Source: Blastocatellales bacterium (GTDB taxonomy: Bacteria; Acidobacteriota; Blastocatellia; RBC074). From it: 64,000 nt of DNA. Within the stretch, counting starts at the first letter, position 1; the number at the start of each line of letters is the position of its first letter. Positions 11,635 through 21,410 of the stretch are shown here, one piece after another. The translations under genes were made by a program, and so were the position numbers. The stretch covers positions 152,627-216,626 of the forward strand of contig JBFWXQ010000009.1 of assembly GCA_050187295.1 (NCBI GenBank), read 5' to 3'. The notes below the pieces were generated by a model, which was given only the letters and a program-made list of their open reading frames with translations, searched no databases and was not told where the DNA came from.

Positions 11635-13068
11635 TCAACGATTGCTCATTCGTTTTTCGCTCAGTCCCGGTTCAGACATCAGCTTTTCAATCTCTGCAAT
11701 CTCCACTGGGACAAATGCCGAAAGATTTTCGTACCCGGTTTCGGTGATCAATAACACGTCCTCCAGGCGAATACCCAGATTCAACTCTGGAATTTTCATG
11801 GCCGGTTCGATGGTGAAAAGCTGTCCGGGTTCCAGCTTATCAGTCAGCAACCTGACGTCGTGGACTTCCAGACCTATGGTGTGCCCCAGACTGTTCGATT
11901 GGCTGTTTCTGTATCGTTCAACAAACTGTGTGGCCGCTGCCTTGATCTTCGGATCGGTGAATTTGTAGGCAGCCATAATTGCGTCCATTTTGACGACGGC
12001 TTCTTTGATGATGTCGCGAGGAGCGACGTGAACTTTGATCGAGGTCATCAACGCCTGATAAAGCCGCAGGTAAATCGTATAAAACTCCCTTTGCCAGGCA
12101 GTGAATTTGCCATTGGCCGGAAAAACCCGCGTCACATCCGAAACATAGTATTTGTAATCCGGCGCGTAATCGAATTGCACCAGATCGCCGTCCTGCAGCT
12201 TGGCCGTGTTGAAATGGTAATGCGAATAAAGCGTGTTTTGTCCTGTGGCAATCAGTGCGAAGTAAGCCGCGCCTTGCGAGCCATATTTTTTGAACACGAA
12301 TTCGGCTGGCGCTTGCAGTTCGTATTCATAAAGTCCTGGCCGCGATTCGCGCATCGCTTCCATGATCGCCAAACCAGTGATCCGAGTAGCTTCTCGGATG
12401 ATGGCGATTTCGCGCTGGCTTTTGAACGCGCGCATGGCATCCAACATAGGATCGAGATTTTCCACCTTGACGTTTGCTGCCAATGCCTTGAGTTTTTGAA
12501 TGAAGGTTTCTTCCCGCGAAGCTCGTCCGTCCCAAGGGTCTTCTTTGGTTGATCTGGCCAGACCTATGACATCGCTGGATGATGCGTTGCCTAAAACTTC
12601 AGGGCGAAACGGCGTGTAAATCGTCCGGCCTTCACGGACGAACGCGGCGACAGCCTCGGCAAAATCTTCGCGCGGGCGCACCGCTTCAATGCCCGTGGCC
12701 TTCACTGCCGCTTCGCCCGGAACCATCGCCGAGCCGAACATGCGAGCGCGCCGTTCAGCGCCACCGAAAAGAAACAGTGTCGAACGTTTCGCTTTTCCGT
12801 CAATCACCAAAATCGCGCGCGGTTCGTTCACACCGCACAGGTAAAAGAACTGATTATTCTGGCGCAGCGGCTGTTCGCCCGGTCGTTCAGTCGTTCCCTG
12901 CAAAACGGCTATACCGTCGCCTATCTGTTCCATCACCTTCGCCCGGCGTGCGGCGAATTCCGCGGGCGGGAAAATATCTGTGAAAACCGGTTGAGCAAGC
13001 AGCTCGCCGCCGAAAACCATCAACAAATTCAAAGTCAAAGCAAATGTCAGTTTCAAAATGGGTCGCAT
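11635..13068 (-). CDS. M24 family Xaa-Pro aminopeptidase (aminopeptidase P-like), secreted
   Basis: 477 aa with a signal peptide. Creatinase-like N-terminus plus an M24 pita-bread domain (..HYHFNTAKLQDGDLVQFDYAPDYKYYVSDVTR.. and HTIGLEVHD). Confidence 0.75.
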   Translation of the reverse strand: MRPILKLTFALTLNLLMVFGGELLAQPVFTDIFPPAEFAARRAKVMEQIGDGIAVLQGTTERPGEQPLRQNNQFFYLCGVNEPRAILVIDGKAKRSTLFLFGGAERRARMFGSAMVPGEAAVKATGIEAVRPREDFAEAVAAFVREGRTIYTPFRPEVLGNASSSDVIGLARSTKEDPWDGRASREETFIQKLKALAANVKVENLDPMLDAMRAFKSQREIAIIREATRITGLAIMEAMRESRPGLYEYELQAPAEFVFKKYGSQGAAYFALIATGQNTLYSHYHFNTAKLQDGDLVQFDYAPDYKYYVSDVTRVFPANGKFTAWQREFYTIYLRLYQALMTSIKVHVAPRDIIKEAVVKMDAIMAAYKFTDPKIKAAATQFVERYRNSQSNSLGHTIGLEVHDVRLLTDKLEPGQLFTIEPAMKIPELNLGIRLEDVLLITETGYENLSAFVPVEIAEIEKLMSEPGLSEKRMSNR

Positions 13069-13078
13069 CTAATGTCTC

Positions 13079-14713
13079 CTATCGTTTGGCAAAGCGTGAT
13101 TCCATCAAAATTCGCGTGTTCGGATCGAGCATCAGGTTGGACGGTTCTTTTTCAACCATAATCTCAAAGCGCTGTTGTTTTTCGGTCAGCTCAATCTTTT
13201 CGATTCTAGTTTGCGGCGAACCATCAACCACGATGCCGATTTCCAGCGGCAGCCGGTAGGCTTCGCCCGGTTGCGTTTGAGCCAGTTCAACCACTGCCTT
13301 TTTTGTTTTGGCGTCATAACTCCAACCGCCTTCGACAACTGGAGAACCCGCTCGCGTCAGCCACTGGCGAAAGAACCAGGATAAATCCATCCCCGAATGC
13401 TCTTCCATCACGCGGCGAAAATCTTCCGTCGTTGCGCTTCCGTTACGATAACGTCCGTAATAATCGCGTATGCCGGCCCAGAATTTATCTGTGCCAATCA
13501 GACCGCGCAGCATGTGCAGGGTCCATCCGCCTTTTTGGTAAATCAGGCGATTGAGCACCTTTTTCATGTCGGACAAATTGTTGTGCAGCACGGCTTCGCC
13601 CGGCAGCTGTTTTTCAAGCGCGTACACCTGCGAACGGCTTCGTTGCAGACCGGCCACAAAGGCATCCCGGCCTTCGTAATGTTCGCTGACCAGCAGGGTG
13701 AAATACGTGGCAAACCCTTCGCTCAGCCAGACGTCGTCCCAATCTTTTTCCGTGATCGAATTACCGAACCATTGATGCGCAATCTCGTGAGCGATCAAGC
13801 CGGTATCAGGGCGTTCCAAAATGGATTTTTCGCCGTAAAAAATGGCGCTGGCGTGTTCGGTTCCACCGCCAAAACCCGCGGCTTCGACATTGGCAAGTTT
13901 TTCGTATGAATAAGGCCCTATGCGTTCGCTGAAAAATTCCATCGCCTGCCGCGACTTCGTTTCAAACCACGCCGGGCCGATTTCGCGTTCCTGATGATAA
14001 ACCCAGGTTTGATGCGGTACGCCTTTGACCGTCCCGTCGTAATGCACAGAAAACTGCGCAACACCGATGGCGTTCAACCACGAAGCAATTGGCACACCTT
14101 GTTTCCAATGAGTCAGGCGTCTTCCGTCGCCCAAATCAGTTTCTTCCTGCAACAAGCCGTTGGCAACAACTTGATATTTGACCGGCGCGATAATGATGAA
14201 TTCCGACGTCGCTTTGTCGTAAGGATGGTCAATCATCGGCAGCCACTGCCGCGCGTTGTTCGGCCAGTTTTCGCTGAAGAAAACGCGTTCGCCAAATTTG
14301 TTTTTCAGGATGCGCAATCCGTTGGCTGGAATGCCACGGTAACGAATCGTGAATTGTTGGCGAGCGTTGTTTTTCGATGGAGCGGCAAGCGTGATGGTCA
14401 GGCGGTCGGATTGATGCTTGAACGGAAGCGCTGCTCCATTGGATGTCACTTCGGAAACAGTCATGCCTTTGCCGTCCGTCGCCGAAGCCAGATCGAGCGT
14501 CACTTCGCTGATTGCAGCTTGAATAAAGCGCAGATCAATTGTCGTTTCGCCGGCGATTTCATCGTTGTCGTCGCTGAGCGTTAAACGAAAGACGTAATGC
14601 AGCATGTCAACGCCTGGCTGACGGGGATAGGTGTCGGCAAATACCATCGAGCTTAATAAAACAAAACACGTCAGCAGTAGAATTGATCTGCCTGACCGGC
14701 AAGGCTTTTTCAT
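13079..14713 (-). CDS. M1 family aminopeptidase (aminopeptidase N-like), secreted
   Basis: HEIAHQWFGN (HExxH) plus a downstream E (WLSEGFATY), and a GGTEH exopeptidase motif in place of GAMEN. Signal peptide and AAAGGGA SD are present. Confidence 0.8.
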   Translation of the reverse strand: MKKPCRSGRSILLLTCFVLLSSMVFADTYPRQPGVDMLHYVFRLTLSDDNDEIAGETTIDLRFIQAAISEVTLDLASATDGKGMTVSEVTSNGAALPFKHQSDRLTITLAAPSKNNARQQFTIRYRGIPANGLRILKNKFGERVFFSENWPNNARQWLPMIDHPYDKATSEFIIIAPVKYQVVANGLLQEETDLGDGRRLTHWKQGVPIASWLNAIGVAQFSVHYDGTVKGVPHQTWVYHQEREIGPAWFETKSRQAMEFFSERIGPYSYEKLANVEAAGFGGGTEHASAIFYGEKSILERPDTGLIAHEIAHQWFGNSITEKDWDDVWLSEGFATYFTLLVSEHYEGRDAFVAGLQRSRSQVYALEKQLPGEAVLHNNLSDMKKVLNRLIYQKGGWTLHMLRGLIGTDKFWAGIRDYYGRYRNGSATTEDFRRVMEEHSGMDLSWFFRQWLTRAGSPVVEGGWSYDAKTKKAVVELAQTQPGEAYRLPLEIGIVVDGSPQTRIEKIELTEKQQRFEIMVEKEPSNLMLDPNTRILMESRFAKR

Positions 14714-14892
14714 AATTTTCCCTTTCGTGATCTAACGACGACCGAATTGAAACCATTGACCTGGCAATGATGCAATTGACATGCTCATTGGGCGGAACTC
14801 ACGCGGCTTATCATCGTGGGAGGAGCGTAAGTTGGCAATGGTTCTGTTGGTGATAATTGTGGACAGAACAACTACAGACAATGAATTTCAGT

Positions 14893-14932
14893 AAAACATT
14901 TATGGCGGTGCTGATGATTGATCAACACCGCC
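14893..14932 (-). terminator. Putative terminator downstream of the ABC permease gene
   Basis: Stem GGCGGTG / CACCGCC (14904-14910 / 14926-14932) with a 15-nt loop, followed on the minus strand by a T-rich tract (TGTTTTACT). Confidence 0.35.
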
Positions 14933-14968
14933 ACAATTGTAAGTGAAGAAAATGATTGAAAACCCCTC

Positions 14969-16192
14969 TTACTCGTACCGGAGCGCCTCAATCGGATCGA
15001 GTCCCGCAGCCTTACGTGCCGGGAAAAAGCCGAAAATGATGCCGATGGCTGCCGAAAAAACCACCGAGCCGACAATTGCCATTGGAGATATCAGGGTTGG
15101 CCATTCCAGCAGCTTCGGAATCAGTACGGAGATGGCCACACCGAGAGCGATGCCGATCGCTCCGCCAGCCAGGCTGAGCACGATGGATTCGATCAGAAAT
15201 TGAGTTTGGACCACGGAAGAACGAGCGCCGATGGCCATTCTGATGCCAATTTCGCGAGTCCGCTCGGTCACTGAAACCAGCATGATGTTCATAATGCCAA
15301 TGCCGCCGACCAACAGCGAAACTCCTGCGATGCTGCCTAACAACAATGTCATGATGCGATTGGTTTCGTCCGCGGCTTCGGCAATGTCTGTCATATTGCG
15401 GACGGAAAAATCGTTCTCCTGATTGGGAGCCAGTTTATGCCGTTGGCGAAGCAGTTCAGTGATTTGCTCTTCGGCAGTTTTGGTCGCTTCCGGCGAGATT
15501 GCCGAAGCATTGGCAAATTGAACATAAGTGATGGCCAGCAGTTTTTTCTGGACTGTGGTGTATGGAGCCATGCACAGATCATCCTGATCGCGTCCCTGTG
15601 CATCCTGCCCTTTTGGAGCCAGAACTCCGACAACGCGAAAAGGCAATTCACGCACGCGAAGCATCTGCCCCACAGGATCAATTCCCGGAAAAAGGTTATC
15701 GGCAATGGTCTTGCCAATGACAACAACGCGGGCTGCGGTACGCACATCGCCTTCGGTGAAAAACTCGCCGCTTTCGATTTTCCATTTTCGGATGTCAAGA
15801 AACTGTTCATTAACGCCCTGAATCTGAGTGTTCCAGTTCTGATTGCCGAAAACGATTTGCGAGCGCGCATTGACCGACGGACTGGCCATGGCGATGCTTG
15901 GGACTTCGCGCCGTATGGCTTCGATGTCTTCAACCGTCAGCGTGTTTGTTCCGCCTTGATCGGTGCCGCTGCGAACGCCGCCGGTGTTCATTGAACCGGC
16001 GCGAATGAAAAGCAGATTGGTTCCGACATTGGCTATCTGCGCCTGCACGGAAGCCTGCGCGCCCTGTCCGATGCTGACCATGGCAATGACGGAAGCTACG
16101 CCAATAATGACCCCCAACATCGTCAAAGCCGACCGCATTTTGTTACGGGCCAAGGCTCGAAAGGCGACTCGAAAAATTACCAGAAAATCCAT
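14969..16192 (-). CDS. ABC transporter permease, MacB/FtsX-like
   Basis: 407 aa with an N-terminal TM helix, a large periplasmic domain and a C-terminal FtsX 3-TM bundle. AAGAGG SD is present. Confidence 0.8.
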   Translation of the reverse strand: MDFLVIFRVAFRALARNKMRSALTMLGVIIGVASVIAMVSIGQGAQASVQAQIANVGTNLLFIRAGSMNTGGVRSGTDQGGTNTLTVEDIEAIRREVPSIAMASPSVNARSQIVFGNQNWNTQIQGVNEQFLDIRKWKIESGEFFTEGDVRTAARVVVIGKTIADNLFPGIDPVGQMLRVRELPFRVVGVLAPKGQDAQGRDQDDLCMAPYTTVQKKLLAITYVQFANASAISPEATKTAEEQITELLRQRHKLAPNQENDFSVRNMTDIAEAADETNRIMTLLLGSIAGVSLLVGGIGIMNIMLVSVTERTREIGIRMAIGARSSVVQTQFLIESIVLSLAGGAIGIALGVAISVLIPKLLEWPTLISPMAIVGSVVFSAAIGIIFGFFPARKAAGLDPIEALRYE

Positions 16193-16302
16193 CTCAACCT
16201 CTTGTTTGCGCCACTAGCCGCCCAGCTCGCGACGACTTTTTTGGCAAACTAAAATCACACACACCTTCCATCCCAGCCTGCTGAATGTTTGTGACAGACA
16301 TT

Positions 16303-17133
16303 TCATTCATCATCGTCTTCATCAACCGTGATCTCCGGCAGCATCTTCAATTCCTCGGCAGCATCACGAGGTTCGGTAACAAAATAATCCTCTTTGATCT
16401 TGCCATCTTTGAAGATAACGACGCGGTCGGTGTATTCGGCAATGTCGTGTTCGTGCGTGACCAGGATGATTGTAATGCCCTTTTCGCGGTTTAACCGTTG
16501 AAAGATATCCATCACCTCCACTGACGTACGCGAATCCAGATTTCCCGTCGGCTCGTCAGCCAGAATCAGAGTCGGTTGATTAACCAAAGCACGAGCGATT
16601 GCCACGCGCTGTTGTTGCCCACCGGAAAGCTGATTCGGATGATTCTGTTCGCGTCCGGCCAATCCTACTGCCAGCAAAGCCTCAGCCGCCCGTTTGTGGC
16701 GTTCAGCAGTTGGAATGTTGGCGTAAAGCATCGGCAGTTCTACATTTTCCAGCGCCGAAGTACGCGACAAAAGATTAAAGCCCTGGAAAACAAATCCCAG
16801 TTTCAGATTACGAATATCCGCACGTTCATCTTTGGAAAGTTCGGACACATCCTGACCATCCAGAATGTAAGTTCCGCGGGTCGGGCGATCCAGACAACCG
16901 ATGATGTTCATCGTAGTTGATTTACCGGAACCCGAAGCGCCCATAATTGCGACGAACTCGCCTTCGCGAATTGTCAGCGAAACTCCACGCAGAGCGTGAA
17001 CTTCAACATCGCCCGTTTTGTAGACTTTGTGTATGTTATCCAGTTCAATGACCGGGCGAGCAGTCTTTTCTGGCAGGCTTTTTTCGCCGCTCAATTCGAT
17101 CTCCTTTTGTTTGGCCTCCATGACCACTTGCAT
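16303..17133 (-). CDS. ABC transporter ATP-binding protein (MacB/LolD-type ATPase)
   Basis: Walker A (GASGSGKST), signature (LSGGQQQRVAIARAL) and Walker B (ILADEPTGNLD). The ORF-track start at 17202 would translate the tandem palindromes. I use the internal ATG at 17133 (alternative 17121), so the start is uncertain. Confidence 0.8.
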   Translation of the reverse strand: MQVVMEAKQKEIELSGEKSLPEKTARPVIELDNIHKVYKTGDVEVHALRGVSLTIREGEFVAIMGASGSGKSTTMNIIGCLDRPTRGTYILDGQDVSELSKDERADIRNLKLGFVFQGFNLLSRTSALENVELPMLYANIPTAERHKRAAEALLAVGLAGREQNHPNQLSGGQQQRVAIARALVNQPTLILADEPTGNLDSRTSVEVMDIFQRLNREKGITIILVTHEHDIAEYTDRVVIFKDGKIKEDYFVTEPRDAAEELKMLPEITVDEDDDE

Positions 17134-17154
17134 TGTGCATTGCCCCTTCAATTC

Positions 17155-17200
17155 CTGCGATTGCGAATCGCAGTCAGTCAGCAGATTCCTGACTGACTGC
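17155..17200. promoter_or_regulatory. Two adjacent perfect palindromes in the adaptor/ATPase intergenic region
   Basis: CTGCGATT-gcg-AATCGCAG (17155-17173) overlaps by GCAG with GCAGTCAGTCAG-cagattc-CTGACTGACTGC (17170-17200; 12-bp perfect stem). No U-tract follows on either strand. Confidence 0.5.
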
Positions 17201-17221
17201 ATTATTCAGACAATCAGGCGT

Positions 17222-18850
17222 TTACCTGCGACCGCCTCCGGGGCCACCGAAACCACCGCCAAATCCTGGCGGGCGAGTGCTGGTCGTGGTCGCGCCACTG
17301 CCAGAGACTTTCTGACCGACAATCACCAGATCACCTTCCTGCAAATTGCCTTCCACAACCTCAGTAGCGGTTCCATCCGTAATGCCGAGCTTGACTCTGC
17401 GCGGTTGCGGTTTTTTGTCTGGGCCAAGCACCCAGACGAGTCTCCATTGTCCTTCAATGGGCGCGCTTCCGGCTGCTCCACTGCGGTTGCCTCCGTTTCT
17501 GCGTTGGCCAACTTCGCCGCCGGGTGAAGCTCCTGCGGTTTGTCCGCCCCCACCTGCCTGCCGACGATCCCGCCCCTGTCCCCCGGCTTGACCTTCGGTT
17601 CTGTTTGCCTGCGCAGCGCCATTGCCCTGTCCTGATTGAGCCTGTTGTTGATCTTGCCCCTGACCGCTTCGTTGACTGCGCATGATTTCGCGAATTTTTT
17701 CAGGAGTCATATCCTTCGGCGTGAATCGGAGCGAGGCATTCGGCAGTCTCAGCACAGATTTGCGCTCGGCGACTCCAAACGTCAAATTGGCGGTCATCCC
17801 CGGCAACAACTTCAAATCCGGATTTTGCACGTCAATCACCACATTGTAGGTAATGACGTTCTGCACGTTCTGCGGGCTTAATCGGATTTCCTTGATCTTG
17901 CCCTCAAACCGCCGTCCGGTATAGGCGTCAACTGTGAAATTGACGCTGTTGCTCTGATTGATGGAACCAATGTCCGCCTGATCAATATTGGCGATAACCT
18001 GCATCTGTGTCAGGTCGTTGGCAATCGTGAAGAGTGTCGGAGCGGACATGCTTGCTGCCACGGTCTGGCCACGGTCTACGGTACGCGATACAACAACGCC
18101 GTCAATCGGCGAGGTAATTGTGGTGTGGCTCAAGTTGACTTCAGCCAGTTTCAATGCGGCTTCTGTTTGTTTGACCTGCGCCTGGGCTTGCTTGACCGCT
18201 GCTTCGGCCTGAGCCAATCCAGCAGTGGATGATTGCTGTTCATTGACGCGCGCTTGTTCGACCTGGGCCGCCGCCTGATTGTAACGCGCTTGGGCGGATT
18301 GGAAGCTCGTCCGCGCTGATTCCAGATCTCGCTCTGGAATGATTCCGCCCTTGGCCAGCGATTCTTGTCGCCTCAACAGGCTGGCTGCGTCGTCGAGTTG
18401 CGCCTTCAACGCTGCCAGATTGGCGTTTGCGCTGGACACACCGGCTATCTGGTTTTGAACATTTGATTTGGCAGTCAGCAATCTGGCCTGTGCATCGGCC
18501 AAACCCGCGCGGGCTTGTTCTGCATTGGCACGCGCAGAAGCGACTTGCGCTTGGAAGATGGATGGATCGAGTTGAGCGACAACCTGGCCTCTTTTTACCT
18601 GTGTGTTGAAATCAGCATAAAGTTCAGCAATGTTGCCTGACACCTGGCTACCAACCTGAACAGTCGTCACCGCCTGCAATGTGCCTGTCGCAAAAACGTT
18701 GTTGCGAATGTCGCCGCGTTCAATTTTTGCAGTCATATATTCTTCGGCGCTTGCCTGACGACTTCCCCATAAATACCACCCTGCCGTGCCTATTACAGCC
18801 AGTGCGATCAATGTCCCCAGAATTTGTTTTCCACTCAGTTTCAATTTCAT
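17222..18850 (-). CDS. Efflux transporter periplasmic adaptor subunit (MacA/HlyD family) with a Gly/Gln-rich insert
   Basis: N-terminal TM helix (MKLKLSGKQILGTLIALAVIGTAGWYLW), a long coiled-coil, a beta-barrel domain and a low-complexity G/Q/R-rich segment near the C-terminus. Start set at the internal ATG at 18850. Confidence 0.8.
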   Translation of the reverse strand: MKLKLSGKQILGTLIALAVIGTAGWYLWGSRQASAEEYMTAKIERGDIRNNVFATGTLQAVTTVQVGSQVSGNIAELYADFNTQVKRGQVVAQLDPSIFQAQVASARANAEQARAGLADAQARLLTAKSNVQNQIAGVSSANANLAALKAQLDDAASLLRRQESLAKGGIIPERDLESARTSFQSAQARYNQAAAQVEQARVNEQQSSTAGLAQAEAAVKQAQAQVKQTEAALKLAEVNLSHTTITSPIDGVVVSRTVDRGQTVAASMSAPTLFTIANDLTQMQVIANIDQADIGSINQSNSVNFTVDAYTGRRFEGKIKEIRLSPQNVQNVITYNVVIDVQNPDLKLLPGMTANLTFGVAERKSVLRLPNASLRFTPKDMTPEKIREIMRSQRSGQGQDQQQAQSGQGNGAAQANRTEGQAGGQGRDRRQAGGGGQTAGASPGGEVGQRRNGGNRSGAAGSAPIEGQWRLVWVLGPDKKPQPRRVKLGITDGTATEVVEGNLQEGDLVIVGQKVSGSGATTTSTRPPGFGGGFGGPGGGRR

Positions 18851-18976
18851 GATTTTCGTAACCCCCGCACTGATAGACAGAGATTTCACCCGATTGGTTT
18901 CAAGCAACAAAAAAGTGTTTGTAAAGGTTTTATGGCAATTCGCTAAGCTTCCTTGTTTGTCGGGCTATGAAATCGC

Positions 18977-20332
18977 TTACTTTTTGATTTGATCCGATGG
19001 ACGATGCCTGGGCAGTTCGGCTTTGAAATCTCCCAGACTCGCCCAATACAACCGCTGATTCAGGTCAACTTCAGCAACGATGACGGTTCCGAACTTTTCA
19101 GCGTAGGTGATTGTTTTGCCTTCGTGATCGTAAATCGCCGTCAACATCCAATTACGCGAAATGTCTTCGTAAGTGCTGCTGACCAGATAAACGTGATTTT
19201 CGCACGCGCGCGCCACGGCCAGCGACGGATTGCATCCCCAGACGGGCCAGGCGATGACTTCAGCGCCGTTGTTGGTCAATTGCCGCGCAACTTCAGGAAA
19301 AAAACCGTCGTAACAGATCATCATTCCCAGCTTGCCGAATCGCGTATCGAAAACCGGATACTCATTGCCCGGCGCGATGCCTCCGGCGATTTCTCCGCGC
19401 GGCAGACTGACCTTGCGATATTTACCTGCGATCTTTCCATCGGGATCGAGCAAAACCGCGACGTTGTAAACCAGGTGTTTGTCGCGTTCCAGCAATCCGG
19501 CGACGATGTACAAGCCATGCTTTTTCGCCAACGCGCCGAAGTATTCGGTCGAAGGTCCCGGCACGGATTCGGCCAGATCAACATAACCTTTGCCCAAACC
19601 GACGAAGGTCAGGGTTTCAGGCAGAACGACCAGATCGGCTCGTTGCCGGGCGGCTTCGGCAATCAGCGGTTCAAACTGTCTGCAATTGTCCATCGCTGTT
19701 TTGCCGCCCTGCGGACGATAATGAACCGCCGCCAACCGGACTTTGCGTTCTGGCAATGGCGAGCTTTCGGTCAGGGCGACGTCGCTCCATTCCACTTTGC
19801 TGCGAACCGTCCAGCGCAAATGCAATTCAACAATCGCGCGCGTGGCTTTCGACGGTGCCAGGTAAACGTCCGAAACTTCCGTCCAGCCTTCCGCGTCGGT
19901 CGCTTTGTCGGTTGGATATTCCGGCTCGGCAATCGGCAAAGCTCCTTTCAGATAACCGCTGACGACCGGGTTGTCGCTCAAAACTTCCTTGCCGTTTTCG
20001 TCACGCCATAGAATGCGCACGACGACGCTGCGACGAGGTTCGGCGACGTTCGACGCTTTGCGAAGCGCGAAGAAGCGATAATGTTTTCCGCCAGTGATCG
20101 AAAAACTTTTCTTCCAATAACCATCCAATCCATCGCGGTCGTCGGTGGTGATAGTCAAACCGCCTTTGCCGTCCTTTCCGCCTTTGGCTGAATAATCGAA
20201 TTGCGGACGAACTTCATCGCGCTGAGCCATCGGCTGCCAACCGTCCGGCGTTGATATGTCCGCATCGGCCAAGGCGCAGATAAAACCAAATGCGAATGCG
20301 AACAAAACAGCAATTACAAATCTTCGCATCAT
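18977..20332 (-). CDS. Carbon-nitrogen hydrolase family protein (nitrilase superfamily) with N-terminal beta-rich domain, secreted
   Basis: E-K-C triad context (VVLPE.., ..GKYRK.., ..[11 protein letters not shown]). ~180-aa N-terminal extra domain and a signal peptide. Confidence 0.7.
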   Translation of the reverse strand: MMRRFVIAVLFAFAFGFICALADADISTPDGWQPMAQRDEVRPQFDYSAKGGKDGKGGLTITTDDRDGLDGYWKKSFSITGGKHYRFFALRKASNVAEPRRSVVVRILWRDENGKEVLSDNPVVSGYLKGALPIAEPEYPTDKATDAEGWTEVSDVYLAPSKATRAIVELHLRWTVRSKVEWSDVALTESSPLPERKVRLAAVHYRPQGGKTAMDNCRQFEPLIAEAARQRADLVVLPETLTFVGLGKGYVDLAESVPGPSTEYFGALAKKHGLYIVAGLLERDKHLVYNVAVLLDPDGKIAGKYRKVSLPRGEIAGGIAPGNEYPVFDTRFGKLGMMICYDGFFPEVARQLTNNGAEVIAWPVWGCNPSLAVARACENHVYLVSSTYEDISRNWMLTAIYDHEGKTITYAEKFGTVIVAEVDLNQRLYWASLGDFKAELPRHRPSDQIKK

Positions 20333-20342
20333 TGCCTCTCTT

Positions 20343-21410
20343 TCAATTCAACCAACGATCCAGGTTTTCGGCGACAAACTCGTCATCACTCAGGTGCGGA
20401 TAATCGGCGCAGACACGGTCAATCTCTTCCAACTGACCGGGCGACAAATCTTCGCGCGGATCAATGCACCATCGGCCCAGCATCAATCCCTGCCGTCGCA
20501 GAATTTCATGCAACCCGGCAATGCAGCCGGCAAACTGATTCTTTGCGTCAAACAGCGCGGCGTTTGAATCGGTGATTTCAGCCGAAAGCGCCAGCAGATC
20601 AAAAGCGCCAGCGCCAGCATTGCGTTTGCATTGTTTGACAGCTTCCAGCAATTCAACCGCGCGCCGAGTCCAGACAGCCCAATGCCCCAACAATCCTCCG
20701 GCAAAATGAAGCTTAGCGCCATCGGCCAATCGGAACTCCGTCAGCAGATCGGCGACAATGTTGTCGTCGTTGCCGGTGTAAAGCGCGATTTCATTTTGCC
20801 GTCCGCCGTCGGCCAGCGCGCGAATGACATCCAGCGTTTGGTAACGATTGAACGGCGCGATCTTAACCGCAGCAACGTTTTCGATTTCAAAAAACCTTCG
20901 CCAGAAACCGTAATCAAGCAAGCGGCCTCCGACAGCGGGTTGCAGGTAAAAGCCAAAAAGCGGAATGGCTTCGGCCACACGGCGGCAATGTTCGATCAAT
21001 TGATCAATCGTCGCTTCGCGCAATGCCGACAGACTGAGCAGGCCTATGTCATATCCTGCTTCGCGCGCGTATGTCGCCTCGCTGACGGCCTGATCGGTCG
21101 CGCCGCAAACGCCTGCGACTTTGATCATTCGCTTGCCCGTCTTCGTTTCGTAATCATGGACTGTTTCAATCGCCAGTTGCAGGACGGGTTTGAATAATCC
21201 GACGCTCGCATCGCGAATGGCGAATTGCGTGGTGTGAACTCCGACGGCGATTCCGCCCGCGCCCGCTTCGCAGTAATACCGCGTCAGAGCTTGCTGGCGT
21301 CGCTCGTCAAGCTTGCGCGCTTCGGTCAGCGCCAGCGGATGCGCCGGAATCACCACGCCGTTGCGGAGCTTGTCGCTCATATCTTGATCAATTTTCGGAA
21401 AAGTCATCAT
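20343..21410 (-). CDS. TIM-barrel protein, DUF993-like / dihydrodipicolinate-synthase-like (tentative)
   Basis: 355-aa ORF, immediately adjacent to and co-oriented with the epimerase and CN-hydrolase genes. Family assignment is from memory of motif context ([16 protein letters not shown]) and is weak. Confidence 0.4.
   Translation of the reverse strand: MMTFPKIDQDMSDKLRNGVVIPAHPLALTEARKLDERRQQALTRYYCEAGAGGIAVGVHTTQFAIRDASVGLFKPVLQLAIETVHDYETKTGKRMIKVAGVCGATDQAVSEATYAREAGYDIGLLSLSALREATIDQLIEHCRRVAEAIPLFGFYLQPAVGGRLLDYGFWRRFFEIENVAAVKIAPFNRYQTLDVIRALADGGRQNEIALYTGNDDNIVADLLTEFRLADGAKLHFAGGLLGHWAVWTRRAVELLEAVKQCKRNAGAGAFDLLALSAEITDSNAALFDAKNQFAGCIAGLHEILRRQGLMLGRWCIDPREDLSPGQLEEIDRVCADYPHLSDDEFVAENLDRWLN

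Noticed and set aside
16303-17202. ORF-track N-terminal extension of the ABC ATPase (start at 17202)
   Set aside because: The extra 23-27 codons would be translated from the two perfect palindromes (17155-17200). The conserved ATPase core begins well downstream, so I prefer the internal ATG at 17133 or 17121.
18989-20011. 340-aa plus-strand ORF antisense to the CN-hydrolase gene
   Set aside because: Arg-rich and low-complexity. The opposite strand encodes a protein with clear catalytic-triad motifs.
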